Below, in pieces: positions 51,248-61,361 of a stretch of 64,000 nucleotides of DNA; position 1 is the stretch's first letter; the number at the start of each line of letters is the position of its first letter. A program made the position numbers and the translations under genes. The DNA is taken from NCBI RefSeq assembly GCF_028368995.1, contig NZ_JAQNDL010000002.1:1824001-1888000 (forward strand), written 5' to 3'. A model generated the notes under the pieces. It saw only the letters and a list, made by a program, of their open reading frames with translations, was not told the origin of the DNA and made no database searches. The DNA comes from Nannocystis bainbridge. Lineage in GTDB: Bacteria > Myxococcota_A > Polyangia > Nannocystales > Nannocystaceae.

Positions 51248-52720
51248 ATGTGGACCCCGCCCGCCAAGATCCGCCACGCGATCCCGCCGGCGCGCTGGCC
51301 GAGCGCCGCGGAGGCGGCCGCCAGCCGGTGGTTTTCGCCGATCGACGTCGGCCCCTGTCGGCTGCACGCGCGCACCTGGGTCCCGGCGATGGTGCCGTGG
51401 CGGGCCTCCGACGACGGCCGCGTCACGCCCGACGTGATCGCCTGGTACGCGCGCTTCGCCGCCGGCGAGCCGGGCGCGCTGGTGGTCGAGGCCACGGGGA
51501 TCCGCGACGTCCCGAGCGGCCCCTTGCTGCGGATCGGCGACGACCGCTTCGTCGCCGGCCTGGCCGACCTGGTCGCCGCCGTGCGCGAGGCCAGCGGCGG
51601 CCGCACGCGCCTGTTCATCCAGCTGATCGATTTCCTCGCGGTCAAGCGCCGCCCCGCGCCCGACAAGTTCTTCGCCCGCTTCTTGCGCGTCGACGCCGGC
51701 CACCGCGAGCGCCTCGCCGCCGCCCTCGCCGACGACCGCTGGCTGGCCGCGCCCGAGGCCGAGCTGCGCGCGTTTCTCCTGGCTGCCGAGACAGGTCTCT
51801 TGGAGCAGGTCCTCACGGACAGGGAGCGACGCGAGCTCGAGTTCGGCTACCGCGAGCTGGTGACCGACCTCGACCTGCCGCACGTGCGCGACCTGCCGCG
51901 GGTGCTGCCCGAGCTGTTCGCCGCGGCGGCTGCGCGGGCCGAGGCCGCCGGGTTCGACGGCGTCGAGCTGCACTACGCCCACGCCTACACGATGGCGAGC
52001 TTCCTCTCGCGCACCAACACCCGCGCTGACGGCTACGGCGGCACGCTCGCGGGTCGCGCTCGCCTGCCGCTCGAGGTGCTCGCGGCCGTGCGCGCGCGCG
52101 TCGGCGCCGGCACAGCGGTCGGCTGCCGCATGCTCGGCGACGAGGTCATCGCCGGCGGCAGCGACCTCGCCGACGCGGTCCAGTTCGCCCGCGACTTCGC
52201 GGCCGCCGGCATGGATTTCGTGAGCGTGTCCAAGGGCGGCAAGTTCGACGACGCCCACCCGCCCAAGGTCGGCGAGGCCGTCTACCCCTACACCGGCCCG
52301 AGCGGCTACGAGTGCATGCCCACGGTCCACAGCGACGCGCGCGGCCCGTTCGCGCGCAACGTCCCGCTCGCCGCCGCCATCCGGGCCGCCATCCGGGCCG
52401 ACGGCCGGATCACCCCCGTGGTCGCTGCCGGCGGGATCCACGAGTTCGGCCAGGCCGAGGCGATCCTCGCCGCCGGCGACGCCGACATCGTCGCCGCCGC
52501 CCGCCAGAGCCTCGCCGACCCCGACTGGTTTTTAAAGGTTCGCGAGGGCCGCGGCGCCGAGGTCCGCCGCTGCAAGTTCACCAACTACTGCGAGGCGCTC
52601 GACACCCAGCACAAGCAGGTCACCTGCCAGCTGTGGGACCGCGTCGAGCTCGACGAGCCCGGCCTGACCCGCTCGCACGACGGCAAGCGCCGGCTGGTCG
52701 CCCCGACCTGGCGGCGCTGA
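51248..52720 (+). CDS. NADH:flavin oxidoreductase (OYE-like)
   Basis: VPAM, VEATG, AGFDGVELHYAHAY, NTRADGYGG, ARQSLADPDW, C-terminal CKFTNYC...C. Confidence 0.88.
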   Translation: MWTPPAKIRHAIPPARWPSAAEAAASRWFSPIDVGPCRLHARTWVPAMVPWRASDDGRVTPDVIAWYARFAAGEPGALVVEATGIRDVPSGPLLRIGDDRFVAGLADLVAAVREASGGRTRLFIQLIDFLAVKRRPAPDKFFARFLRVDAGHRERLAAALADDRWLAAPEAELRAFLLAAETGLLEQVLTDRERRELEFGYRELVTDLDLPHVRDLPRVLPELFAAAAARAEAAGFDGVELHYAHAYTMASFLSRTNTRADGYGGTLAGRARLPLEVLAAVRARVGAGTAVGCRMLGDEVIAGGSDLADAVQFARDFAAAGMDFVSVSKGGKFDDAHPPKVGEAVYPYTGPSGYECMPTVHSDARGPFARNVPLAAAIRAAIRADGRITPVVAAGGIHEFGQAEAILAAGDADIVAAARQSLADPDWFLKVREGRGAEVRRCKFTNYCEALDTQHKQVTCQLWDRVELDEPGLTRSHDGKRRLVAPTWRR

Positions 52721-52866
52721 CCTGGCGCAGCGGACATGTCGCAAAGGACATTCCTGGAGCGCCAGCCCGGGCTGCCCCGCACGCCGCGAGGACCGGCTGG
52801 TCGCCCCGACGTGGCGGCGATGACCTGGCGCATCGGACATGCCGCAAAGGACATGCCCTGGAGCGC
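52690..52866. repeat. Approx. 74-bp direct duplication of the gene 3' end plus 14-bp array
   Basis: ccggctggtcgccccgac.tggcggcg.tgacctggcgca.cggacatg.cgcaaaggaca at 52690 and 52793. Confidence 0.85.
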
Positions 52867-52953
52867 ATGTCCGGTTCGACATGTCGTGAAGGACATCGAA
52901 CTTCGCAGGTCCGTGCTCTCGGAGGCTTCCTCGCGGACATGTCCTGAGCCTCG
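52826..52953. repeat. 14-bp palindrome arrays (5 + 2 units; 3 more at 52723-52764)
   Basis: tggcgcatcggaca|tgccgcaaaggaca|tgccctggagcgca|tgtccggttcgaca|tgtcgtgaaggaca ... cttcctcgcggaca|tgtcctgagcctcg. Confidence 0.88.
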
Positions 52954-52961
52954 GTCCCGGG

Positions 52962-54056
52962 TCACCCGCGGCGGGCGATCCGCGACTCGGGCGTGCCGGG
53001 GCCGATCGTGAACAGCGCCAGCGTCAGCTGACAGCCATCGGCGCTGACGGCCACCGGGCAGGTCACGAAGCCGGGCACGCGCAGCTGGGCGCTGCGGGTG
53101 ACGCCCTGCCAGGGGGCGTCCAGGCCGTCGCGTTCGGCGAACCACACCCCCGCGCGGCCGTCGTTGGGATCGCCGAAGCCGCCGCCCTCGCTGTCGAACG
53201 CGCCGAAGAACAGCCGCAGCCCGTCGGGCGCCAGCGCCGGACAGGCGAGCACGCCGAAGCCCGGGTCGGCCGGCGTCACCTCGACCGGCGCCACGTCGGG
53301 GAAGCTCGGGTGCACCTGCGGATCGCGGGCGACCTGCCAGAACTTGAAGCCGAGCTGGAACTGCCCCCACGCCGGCCCGTCGTCGCGCTGGAACAGCAGC
53401 GTCGCGCCGTCGGCGGTCGGGTTGGGGTGGCTCTCGACCCGATTGCCGAACGCCAGCGCCCCGCCCGCGACCGTCGGTACGCCCCACCCGTCGCCGTCGC
53501 GCGGCAGCACGTAGATGTCGCCGTTGCCGCCGAAGAACAGCTCCTGCGTGGCGGCGACGAACGCGGGGTGATCGGCCTCGAACGACGACGACGGCCACAC
53601 CGACGCCCCGGCCGGGAACGCCACCGCCGGGTCGTCGCGGACCGAGCGGACCACGTGCCACTGGCCGCCCAGGAACGCCCGCCAGTGCAGCGTCTCGGCG
53701 TCGGGCGACAGCATCGGCGAGCTGCCCGGCGGGTCGAGCCCCAGCGACTCGACCGCCCAGTCCTCGACCCCGAGGCCCCAGCAGCCGACCGGAGCGCCGG
53801 TCGTCTCGGTGGTCCCCGAGGACATGTCCGGAAGGACACCCGTGGTCGAAGACGAGGTCGTCGGCGAGCTCGTGCTCGCGTCGGTCGTGCCCGTCGGCGC
53901 CGATGTCGATGTCGTCGTCGTCGAGGTCGTCGTCGACGACGCCGTGGTCGCGCCGCCCGAGCCGCCGCCGGTCCCGCCTTCGCCGTCGAAGGCCGGGTTC
54001 TGTCGCAGGCAGCCAGCCACCAGCGCCGCCGCCGTCATCGCCCACGCGCGCCGCAT
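52962..54056 (-). CDS. Lipoprotein with Thr-rich linker and PD40/TolB-like beta-propeller
   Basis: Lipobox VAGC; repeats PMLSPDAETL, PNPTADGATL, PALAPDGLRL, VAVSADGCQL. Confidence 0.75.
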   Translation of the reverse strand: MRRAWAMTAAALVAGCLRQNPAFDGEGGTGGGSGGATTASSTTTSTTTTSTSAPTGTTDASTSSPTTSSSTTGVLPDMSSGTTETTGAPVGCWGLGVEDWAVESLGLDPPGSSPMLSPDAETLHWRAFLGGQWHVVRSVRDDPAVAFPAGASVWPSSSFEADHPAFVAATQELFFGGNGDIYVLPRDGDGWGVPTVAGGALAFGNRVESHPNPTADGATLLFQRDDGPAWGQFQLGFKFWQVARDPQVHPSFPDVAPVEVTPADPGFGVLACPALAPDGLRLFFGAFDSEGGGFGDPNDGRAGVWFAERDGLDAPWQGVTRSAQLRVPGFVTCPVAVSADGCQLTLALFTIGPGTPESRIARRG

Positions 54057-54147
54057 CTCCGATCGGCATAGCGGATCGCCGGCCCGCCGTCGACGTCCGC
54101 AAGGCCGGGCCCCGTGTGACCGACGTTCGGCGGCCGGCCCGCCGCTC

Positions 54148-56613
54148 TCACGGCCCGAGGATCGGCGCCTCGATGAACGCCGGGACCACGTCGTCGCGCA
54201 GGTGCACCCGCGCGACCAGCCCGTCGGGGTCGAGCCCCGCGGTCGCAAAGTCGAACACGTGGCCGATCCCGGACACGTACGGCACCTCGTGGGTGTCGCC
54301 GACCGGCAGGTCGTCCTTGGTGAACGACAGCGTCAGCGGCACGCGCAGGTGCACGGGCGCGTCGGCGGCGACCTCGGGATCGAGCAAGCGAAAGCCGCCG
54401 ACCGGCCACTTGTCGTCCATGACGTAGGCCGGCGGCGGCCGCGTCACGTCGAGCGTCAACTGACCGCCGGCGAGCACCGCCGAGAGCGCGTGCTCGGGCG
54501 CGAACGCGACCTCGAACGGCGCCGTCGTCAGCGCGTAGTCCTCGGTCGCCTGGCCGTCGAACGCGCGGCCGTCGATGCGCAGGCGATAGGTGCCGGCCGG
54601 CAGGTCCGCCGGCACCTGCCAGTCGACGAACCACTTCTGCTGGCGCTCGGCCAGCAGCTTGCCGTTGGGCTTGGGGTCCGGCGCGTAGTGGGTGAGCATG
54701 TGGTAGCGGCTGTTGTCGAGCGCCGCACCGGCCCAGCCGCTCGGCGACGCCACGTCGACGAAGCCGCCGCCGTCGTCGACCTGGACCGTCACGCGCGGCT
54801 CGCCGAGCCCCGGCTCGCCGCCGTTCCAGGCCGCCCGCAGCGTCTCGCCGCGCCAGATCGTCGGCGGCGGCTCGGCCGTCAGCCCGGGCGCGTCGACGCC
54901 GGCCTCGAGCGCGCGCGGCTCGAACGACTTGCCGACCGACAGCGACGGCGACTGCTCCGACCACACCGGCGAACCGTCGCCGGCGATCAGCGCCTCGACC
55001 TCGGTCATCTGCCCGTCGACCAGGTACTTGGCGAGCAGCGGGCCCCACAGGCTCATCTCCGACTCGTAGCCGCCCTGCAGCCAGTCGTCGGGCTGGGTCA
55101 GGTACAGCAGGTGATCCTGCGAGTAGCCGAACACCATGCCGTCGACGGCGCGGTCCTCGTAGGCGGTGCGCGCGTACTGAATCACCGACGCTGTCGGCTC
55201 GCCGGGCAGCGTCAGCATGTAGAAATCGTCGAGGCGCGCCACGGTCAAGTAGGTCTGATGGACCTCGCCGTGCGGCACCGTCTCGCCGAGCGACTCGAGC
55301 AGCCCTTGCATCGGCATGCAGTTCTTCGGCTTGCCCTCCAGGCTGGTCGCGGGGTTGCCGTCGTCGACGTCGGCCTCGGCGCCCTTGCACTGCCACGCGC
55401 CCCACAGGTACGGCCCGCCCTGCGCGTTCTGGAACTCGGGGTAGTCGTCGTAGCCCATCCCGCTGTACGTCAGGTCGATGCGGCGCGAACGGACCCCGAG
55501 CGTCGCCTCGTCGCGCCACTCGATCGCGTCGTAGAGCGCGAGGATCCGCGGCGCCGCGGCGTGACCGATGCGCTCGATGCGGGCCGGCTCCGGGTGGCCG
55601 AGGCCGTCGCCCGCGGGCGAGGCGTCGCCGCCGCCCGACTGCGCGAACATGCCGAAGATCGGCTGGCCCTTGGCGGCGAAGAACGCCTCCTCGAACTTCA
55701 TCTCGAGCCCGCCCGCCGCGTCCTCGGTGAACAGCTCGTTGGGCGAGTCGAACACCGTGCCGTGCATGCCGAAGTTGATTACCGTCGCCATCGGCGTGCC
55801 GTCGGGCCGGCGCACCGCCAGCAGCGTCAGGCGGGCGTCCTTGCCGTACGTCGGGTCGTTCTCGCCGCGGCGGTCGCGGTACACCGCGTCGTCCGGATCC
55901 CAGTCGTCCAGCCACGTCGCGCCCCACTGCGCCGGCGCCAGGTCGGCGACCGCGGCCGCGATCACGTCGGCCATCGCCGTCGTCATGCGATCGATCAGCT
56001 CCTCGTCGGGCGAGTCGCCGCCGACGAACCCGAGCGGCGCCGGCAGCCGCCAGTAGCGGGCCAGGTTGTGGTGCGAGTGCGTCGCGGCGGTGATGAGGCG
56101 GCCGGTGATGTCGATGCCGTGGTCGGCCTTGAGCTTCTCGATCGCGCCCTCGGTCAGCGAGTGCTCCGAGCTCATCGTCGGCATCTTCATCACCACCAGC
56201 CGCTCGCCGCCGACCTCGATCACCATCGCCTTGATCGTGCCGAGCCCGTAGAAGCCGCTCGCGCCGTTCAGCAGGTGGTTCCACGGCGTGTTGTTGGTGA
56301 CCGTCCGCCCGCCGTAGCCGGCCATCGACGCGCCGACCGGTCCGGTCAGATAACCGACGGCCACGCCGGCCTGGATCGGGCCCTGCGGCAGCGGATCGAT
56401 CTCTTCCGTGGTGCTGGCGGTCGTCCCGCTGGAGGTCGTCGGCGGCGCCCCGGACGAGGTCGGTGTCACATCGGTGGACGAGCCGGTGGCGGCGGTCGCG
56501 TCCGACGTCGACGAGGCGTCCGTGGCCGACGTCTCCGCGGCCGAACCCGGACAACCTGCCAGCGCGAGCGCCGCGAAGGCCCGCCACCACCAAAGCTGCT
56601 GCTTCATCATCAT
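54148..56613 (-). CDS. Neutral/alkaline non-lysosomal ceramidase family lipoprotein
   Basis: Lipobox LAGC, ATHSHH, NFGMHGT, GGGDASP, TLPGEP, GGYE. Confidence 0.8.
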   Translation of the reverse strand: MMMKQQLWWWRAFAALALAGCPGSAAETSATDASSTSDATAATGSSTDVTPTSSGAPPTTSSGTTASTTEEIDPLPQGPIQAGVAVGYLTGPVGASMAGYGGRTVTNNTPWNHLLNGASGFYGLGTIKAMVIEVGGERLVVMKMPTMSSEHSLTEGAIEKLKADHGIDITGRLITAATHSHHNLARYWRLPAPLGFVGGDSPDEELIDRMTTAMADVIAAAVADLAPAQWGATWLDDWDPDDAVYRDRRGENDPTYGKDARLTLLAVRRPDGTPMATVINFGMHGTVFDSPNELFTEDAAGGLEMKFEEAFFAAKGQPIFGMFAQSGGGDASPAGDGLGHPEPARIERIGHAAAPRILALYDAIEWRDEATLGVRSRRIDLTYSGMGYDDYPEFQNAQGGPYLWGAWQCKGAEADVDDGNPATSLEGKPKNCMPMQGLLESLGETVPHGEVHQTYLTVARLDDFYMLTLPGEPTASVIQYARTAYEDRAVDGMVFGYSQDHLLYLTQPDDWLQGGYESEMSLWGPLLAKYLVDGQMTEVEALIAGDGSPVWSEQSPSLSVGKSFEPRALEAGVDAPGLTAEPPPTIWRGETLRAAWNGGEPGLGEPRVTVQVDDGGGFVDVASPSGWAGAALDNSRYHMLTHYAPDPKPNGKLLAERQQKWFVDWQVPADLPAGTYRLRIDGRAFDGQATEDYALTTAPFEVAFAPEHALSAVLAGGQLTLDVTRPPPAYVMDDKWPVGGFRLLDPEVAADAPVHLRVPLTLSFTKDDLPVGDTHEVPYVSGIGHVFDFATAGLDPDGLVARVHLRDDVVPAFIEAPILGP

Positions 56614-56769
56614 CGCCGACTATACCGTCGCGTGACCGCGACAGATCCGCGCCAGCGCGGCCGGGGCGTGCACGCGAGCTCACGCTCCCCGCTGCGCCCG
56701 CGCCCGCGGGGCCCCGGCTCCGCCGACAAAGCTGGCTGCCTTTGCTAGCCTCGGGACCTCGCGCCCGTT

Positions 56770-58236
56770 GTGACCCCCCTCGCCGGTGCCCTCTTCGCAG
56801 CCACGTGCCTCGCCGCGCGAGCGTCGGGCCTCGCCTCGTCGTGGGCGCAAGAACCTGTCTCGAAGGACAGCGAGCTCGCGCCCGAGCTGACGCCGCCGAG
56901 CGATGTGGCGCCGCCGAGCGGGCCGCTCAAGTCGGACGCCGCGGTCGGTGGGGGCCCCGAGCCGACCCCTGTGCCTGCGGCCGCGCTGCCGCCCGCCACC
57001 GTGCCCGAGGGCGCGCGCCCGGACACCATGATGACGCCGGCCGGTCCGGCGCCGAACCTGCCGCCGCGTGAGCGCGTGCGCTGGGGCTGGTTGACCCACC
57101 CGCTGTCGCCGACGCCGAGCCAGTATCAGATCCGCAAGGGCCAGAGCCCGCACCGCGTGCTGCCGCTGCCGAGCGTGCGCTCCCAGCCCGGCGTCGGCCT
57201 CATGCTCGGCGCCAACATCTCGTACGCCTATCGCCGCAAAGAGGGCGACCCCAACCGCATCTACATGATCTTCGAGTCGCGGGTGTCGCTGAAGAAGGTC
57301 CAGGACCACAGCTTCTTCATCCGCCTGCGCGATCTCCTGCGCCGCGAAGAGGTGTTCGAGTTCGGCGTGCTCGGCTACGTCGACCCCGTGTTCCCGTACT
57401 ACGGGATCGGCAACAACAACAACCTCGAGGGCATCGACCTCCAGGCTCGCTACTACCAGGCCCACCTCAACACCGTCGGCGGCTCGCTGACCTACCAGCA
57501 CCCGCTGTGGCGCCTGCAGGCCCTCGGCGACAAGCCGCCGGGGATGCTGCGCTCGTACGCCGGCCTGGCCTACTACGCCGACCGCGTGCGCACCTACGAC
57601 AACTCGCTGCTGCAGGCCGAGAACCCGGCCGCCGACCTCAGCGCCCGCCGTGGCCTCATCCGCCTCGGCCTGACGTGGGACCGCCGCGACAACGAGTGGA
57701 GCCCCGGCAAGGGCAGCCTGTTCGACGTCATCGTCGACAACGCGGGCCCGTGGACCGGCTCGACCGACGCGTGGGGCCGGCTGTCGGCCAACTTCCGCAC
57801 CTACTGGACGCTCGGCGTGGACAAGCTGGTGCTGGCCCACCGCCTGAGCTTCGACGCGCTGTGGGGCGACGCGCCGCTGGTCCCGCTCGGCGAGTTCGGC
57901 GGGCTGCTGACCACCGACGGCCTCGGCGGGGCGTCGGCCGGCCGCGGCTGGATGCGGCGCCGCTACATCGGCCGCCTGAAGGCGTTCGGCAGCCTCGAGC
58001 TGCGCTTCGAACCGCTCGAGCTGAAGGTCCGCCGCCACACGCTGGGCATCGGCCTCAAGGGCTTCGTCGATCTGGGCGTGGTGGCCGACCGCATGCAAGA
58101 CCTGCCGAAGCACTGGCATGTGTCCGGAGGGACCGGTCTGCAGGTGATCTGGGACCAGTTCGCGGTGCTGCGGCTCGACGCCGGCTTCTCGCGCGAGAGC
58201 TTCGGCATCTACTTCATCAACGAGCACGCGTTCTGA
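56770..58236 (+). CDS. BamA/TamA (Omp85) family outer-membrane protein
   Basis: WDRRDNEWSPGKG, GRGWMRRRY, LELRF, FVDLG, LRLDAG, terminal F; no POTRA domain evident. Confidence 0.8.
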   Translation: MTPLAGALFAATCLAARASGLASSWAQEPVSKDSELAPELTPPSDVAPPSGPLKSDAAVGGGPEPTPVPAAALPPATVPEGARPDTMMTPAGPAPNLPPRERVRWGWLTHPLSPTPSQYQIRKGQSPHRVLPLPSVRSQPGVGLMLGANISYAYRRKEGDPNRIYMIFESRVSLKKVQDHSFFIRLRDLLRREEVFEFGVLGYVDPVFPYYGIGNNNNLEGIDLQARYYQAHLNTVGGSLTYQHPLWRLQALGDKPPGMLRSYAGLAYYADRVRTYDNSLLQAENPAADLSARRGLIRLGLTWDRRDNEWSPGKGSLFDVIVDNAGPWTGSTDAWGRLSANFRTYWTLGVDKLVLAHRLSFDALWGDAPLVPLGEFGGLLTTDGLGGASAGRGWMRRRYIGRLKAFGSLELRFEPLELKVRRHTLGIGLKGFVDLGVVADRMQDLPKHWHVSGGTGLQVIWDQFAVLRLDAGFSRESFGIYFINEHAF

Positions 58237-58338
58237 GGCGCTGACTCGCGGGCGCGCGGCAGGGCTCGCGCGGGTCGCTCCGCAACTGCCGACTGCGGCT
58301 CGAGAGGCCGACCCGCACGCGGCCGCCGTCGCGGGCAC

Positions 58339-58459
58339 GAAAAAAAGACACGCCTCTCTGCGCGCCCTCTTCGAGAGGCCGACGCACACGCGATCGCCGG
58401 CACGCACGCGGCCGCATCGCGCGCACGGAGAAAGGCGCGCCTCTCGGCGCGCCCCCTTC
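58339..58459 (-). terminator. Two tandem, duplicated hairpin+U-tract terminators for the PPIase gene
   Basis: On the minus strand: ggcgcgccgagaggcgcgcc-tttct and gggcgcgcagagaggcgtgtc-ttttttt. Confidence 0.6.
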
Positions 58460-58469
58460 ACGTCTCACC

Positions 58470-58483
58470 TGTCCTTGCGGACA
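58470..58483. repeat. Single consensus 14-bp palindrome
   Basis: tgtccttgcggaca. Confidence 0.7.
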
Positions 58484-58490
58484 GCTTCGC

Positions 58491-59726
58491 TCAATCGGCG
58501 TCGCCGGCTTCGGGCTCGGCCTTGGCGTCGTCGCCGGCGGGCGCGGGGCCGCGGGCCTTCATCTCGATGGGCGGGTGGCCGGCCGGCATCTCGCTCGGGT
58601 TGACCACGGCCGGGCGCTTGGGGCCGCGCGGGTCGGGGCCGAGCAGCTCCTCCATCTTGTTCTGGACCTTGTACTTGGCCAGCAGCGCGTCCTTCAGCTC
58701 GCGGCGGCCCTGGTGGAGCTTGCGCTGGCTGAGGCGCTCCTTGATCTGGTCGGCGAGCGCCTCCTTGGGCAGGTCGCCGGGCGGGTACTTGGCCAGGATC
58801 TTGATGATGTGGATGCCGAACTTGGTCTCGACGGGCTTCGAGATCTCGCCGGGCTTGAGCTTGAAGGCCGCGACGCTGAACTCCTCGACCATGCGGTCCT
58901 TGGTGAAGATGCCGAGGTCACCGCCCTTGTCGGCGCTGGGGCCGACCGAGTTCTCCTTGGCCAGCTGCGTGAAGTCGGCGCCCGCTGCGGTGGCCTTCTT
59001 GTAAAGCTCGTCGGCCTTGGCCACCGCCTCCTTGCGCCACTTGTCCTTGTCCTCCTGCGACGGCTCGGGCGGCTTCTCGCCCATCGGCGTCGGCTGCTCC
59101 TGCGGCCCGATCGGGATCAGGATGTGCGCGGCGTGGATCCGCTCGCCCTCCGACTTGTAGTTGGGCTTGATCTTCTCGTACTCCTCGTCGACCTCGGCGC
59201 TGGTGACCTCCAGCTTGCCGTCCTTCTCGAGGAACTGCTGCTCGAGGATCTCGGCCACGTACATGTCGCGGAGGCTCTGCTCGGTCTCGCCGCGGCGCTG
59301 CAGGTGCTTGTCCCAGTCCTTGATGCCCTGCTTCTGCTGGGTCTCGCGCTCGGCAAGCTTGGCAGCGTCGGCCTCGACGCCGCGGGCCTTGGCCTCCTGG
59401 CGCAGGATCTCGTTGTAGACCAGGCGCTCGGTGATCGACTTGCGATAGCGCCGGTCGGCCGACGGCGGGATCTCGCGGCCGCGGTCGGTGTACTTCTTCA
59501 CCTTGAGGTCGTAGATGTCCTTGAACTGGGCCAGCGGGATCGCGACCTCGTTGACGGTGGCGATGACTTCCGGAAGCGCCGGCAGGCCCTCGCCCGCGGC
59601 GGCCTTGGTCGGCTGCTCCGGGGCGGCCTTCTCGTCGGTCTTCTGCGGCGTGGGCGTGCTCGGCGAGCAGCCGACGGCGAGGGCGAGACAAAGTCCGAGG
59701 GACACGCGAGGGACGAAGCGAAGCAT
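58491..59726 (-). CDS. PpiC-type peptidyl-prolyl isomerase lipoprotein (SurA/PrsA-like)
   Basis: Lipobox AVGC, IHAAHILI, FTQLAKENS, KGGDLG, PVETKFGIHIIK. Confidence 0.92.
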   Translation of the reverse strand: MLRFVPRVSLGLCLALAVGCSPSTPTPQKTDEKAAPEQPTKAAAGEGLPALPEVIATVNEVAIPLAQFKDIYDLKVKKYTDRGREIPPSADRRYRKSITERLVYNEILRQEAKARGVEADAAKLAERETQQKQGIKDWDKHLQRRGETEQSLRDMYVAEILEQQFLEKDGKLEVTSAEVDEEYEKIKPNYKSEGERIHAAHILIPIGPQEQPTPMGEKPPEPSQEDKDKWRKEAVAKADELYKKATAAGADFTQLAKENSVGPSADKGGDLGIFTKDRMVEEFSVAAFKLKPGEISKPVETKFGIHIIKILAKYPPGDLPKEALADQIKERLSQRKLHQGRRELKDALLAKYKVQNKMEELLGPDPRGPKRPAVVNPSEMPAGHPPIEMKARGPAPAGDDAKAEPEAGDAD

Positions 59727-59953
59727 TCTGTTCTCCTGGCCGAAGCGAAGCGGGCTGAGCCCGTGCAGACCGGTCGCCGCATTCGCGCGGCGACCGCAGG
59801 GCGTCGGCGGCGCGAGATTGTAAGCCGGAGCGAGCGTCCGATCCAAGCGGCGACAAGCGCGGCCCCCCCGGCGCAACGGACCCGCCCCCCGGAGACCGCG
59901 CGTGAGCCTCCCCCGCGGCGCCTGCGGCGATTTTCGCGTAGCATCCCGCGCCC

Positions 59954-61348
59954 ATGACCCGCCTGGTCCAGATCCGCGGCACGAGGACGGCGCCGGAGCC
60001 GCCCATGACCGCGCAGGAGCTGCCCGCCACGTCGGAGCTCCCCGGAGTCGCCGGGCCGCGCGTCTACGTCGAGACCCTCGGCTGCCAGATGAACGAGGCC
60101 GACTCTTCGCTCATCGTCGGCCAGCTGGCGGCCCGCGGCTACGTGCGCGTGCCCGATCCGGCGACCGCCGACGTGATCCTGCTCAACACCTGCGCGGTCC
60201 GGGAAAAGGCCGAGGAGCGGGTCTACGGGCGCACCAGCCAGCTGCTGCGGCACAAGAAGGACAATCCGGATCTGGTGTTCGGCATTACCGGGTGCATGGC
60301 CGAGCACCTGCGCGACAAGGTCCAGAAGCAGGCGCCGCACATCGGCCTGGTCGCCGGCCCCGACAGCTACCGCCGGATCGGCAGCCTGGTCGACCGCGCG
60401 CGCGCCGGGGAGCGCGTCGTCGACGTCGCCCTCGACCGCGAGGAGACCTACGACGGCCTCGACGGGGTGCCCGACGACGACGGCGTCAGCGGTCAGGTCA
60501 CGATCCAGCGCGGCTGCGACAAGTTCTGCACGTTCTGCGTGGTCCCGTACACCCGCGGCCGCGAGCGCGGCGTGGCCCCGCGCGAGGTCCTGCGCCAGGC
60601 CAGGCAGCTGGCCGAGCGCGGTTACAAAGAGATCGTCCTGCTCGGCCAGACGGTCAACTCGTACGTGTGGGAGGACGCGAGCTTCGCCGACCTGCTGCGG
60701 GCGATCGCGGCGCTCGATGGGATCGAGCGGATCCGCTTCACGAGCCCCTACCCCGTCGACTTCACCGACCCGCTGATCGCGACGATGGCCGAGCTCGAGA
60801 AGGTGTGCCCGTACATCCACCTGCCGGCGCAGTCCGGCTCGGATCGGATGCTGACGGCGATGAAGCGCGGCTACTCGCGCGGCGAGTTCGTCGATCTGGT
60901 CGGCCGCCTGCGCGCCGCCATGCCCGACCTGGCGCTGTCGACCGATCTGATGGTCGGCTTCTGCGGCGAGACCGAAGAGGATCACGCCGAGACGCTGTCG
61001 CTGATGCGCGAGGTCCGGTTCGACTCGGCGTTCATGTTCCGCTACAGCGACCGCGGGATCACCTACGCCGCCCGCAAGCTGCAGGACGACGTGCCCGACG
61101 AGGTCAAGGGCCGCCGCCTGCAAGAGGTCATCGAGCTGCAGGAGCAGCACACCCGCGCGTCGCACCACGCCCGCGTCGGCAAGCGCGAGCGCGTGCTCAT
61201 CAGCGGCCTGTCCCACCGCGGCGACCGGGTGCTCGGCCGCACGCCCCGGTTCCAGAGCGTGCTGCTGCCCCTCGGGACAGGTTCTCCGGGACAGACGATC
61301 GAGGTCGCCATCTCGGCGACGACGGGCCACTCGCTCATCGCCAGCTGA
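59954..61348 (+). CDS. miaB: tRNA-2-methylthio-N6-dimethylallyladenosine synthase
   Basis: TLGCQMNEADS, LNTCAVREKAE, GCDKFCTFCVVPYTRG, HLPAQSGS, C-terminal TRAM. Confidence 0.95.
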   Translation: MTRLVQIRGTRTAPEPPMTAQELPATSELPGVAGPRVYVETLGCQMNEADSSLIVGQLAARGYVRVPDPATADVILLNTCAVREKAEERVYGRTSQLLRHKKDNPDLVFGITGCMAEHLRDKVQKQAPHIGLVAGPDSYRRIGSLVDRARAGERVVDVALDREETYDGLDGVPDDDGVSGQVTIQRGCDKFCTFCVVPYTRGRERGVAPREVLRQARQLAERGYKEIVLLGQTVNSYVWEDASFADLLRAIAALDGIERIRFTSPYPVDFTDPLIATMAELEKVCPYIHLPAQSGSDRMLTAMKRGYSRGEFVDLVGRLRAAMPDLALSTDLMVGFCGETEEDHAETLSLMREVRFDSAFMFRYSDRGITYAARKLQDDVPDEVKGRRLQEVIELQEQHTRASHHARVGKRERVLISGLSHRGDRVLGRTPRFQSVLLPLGTGSPGQTIEVAISATTGHSLIAS

Positions 61349-61361
61349 GCGCGGCGCCGTC

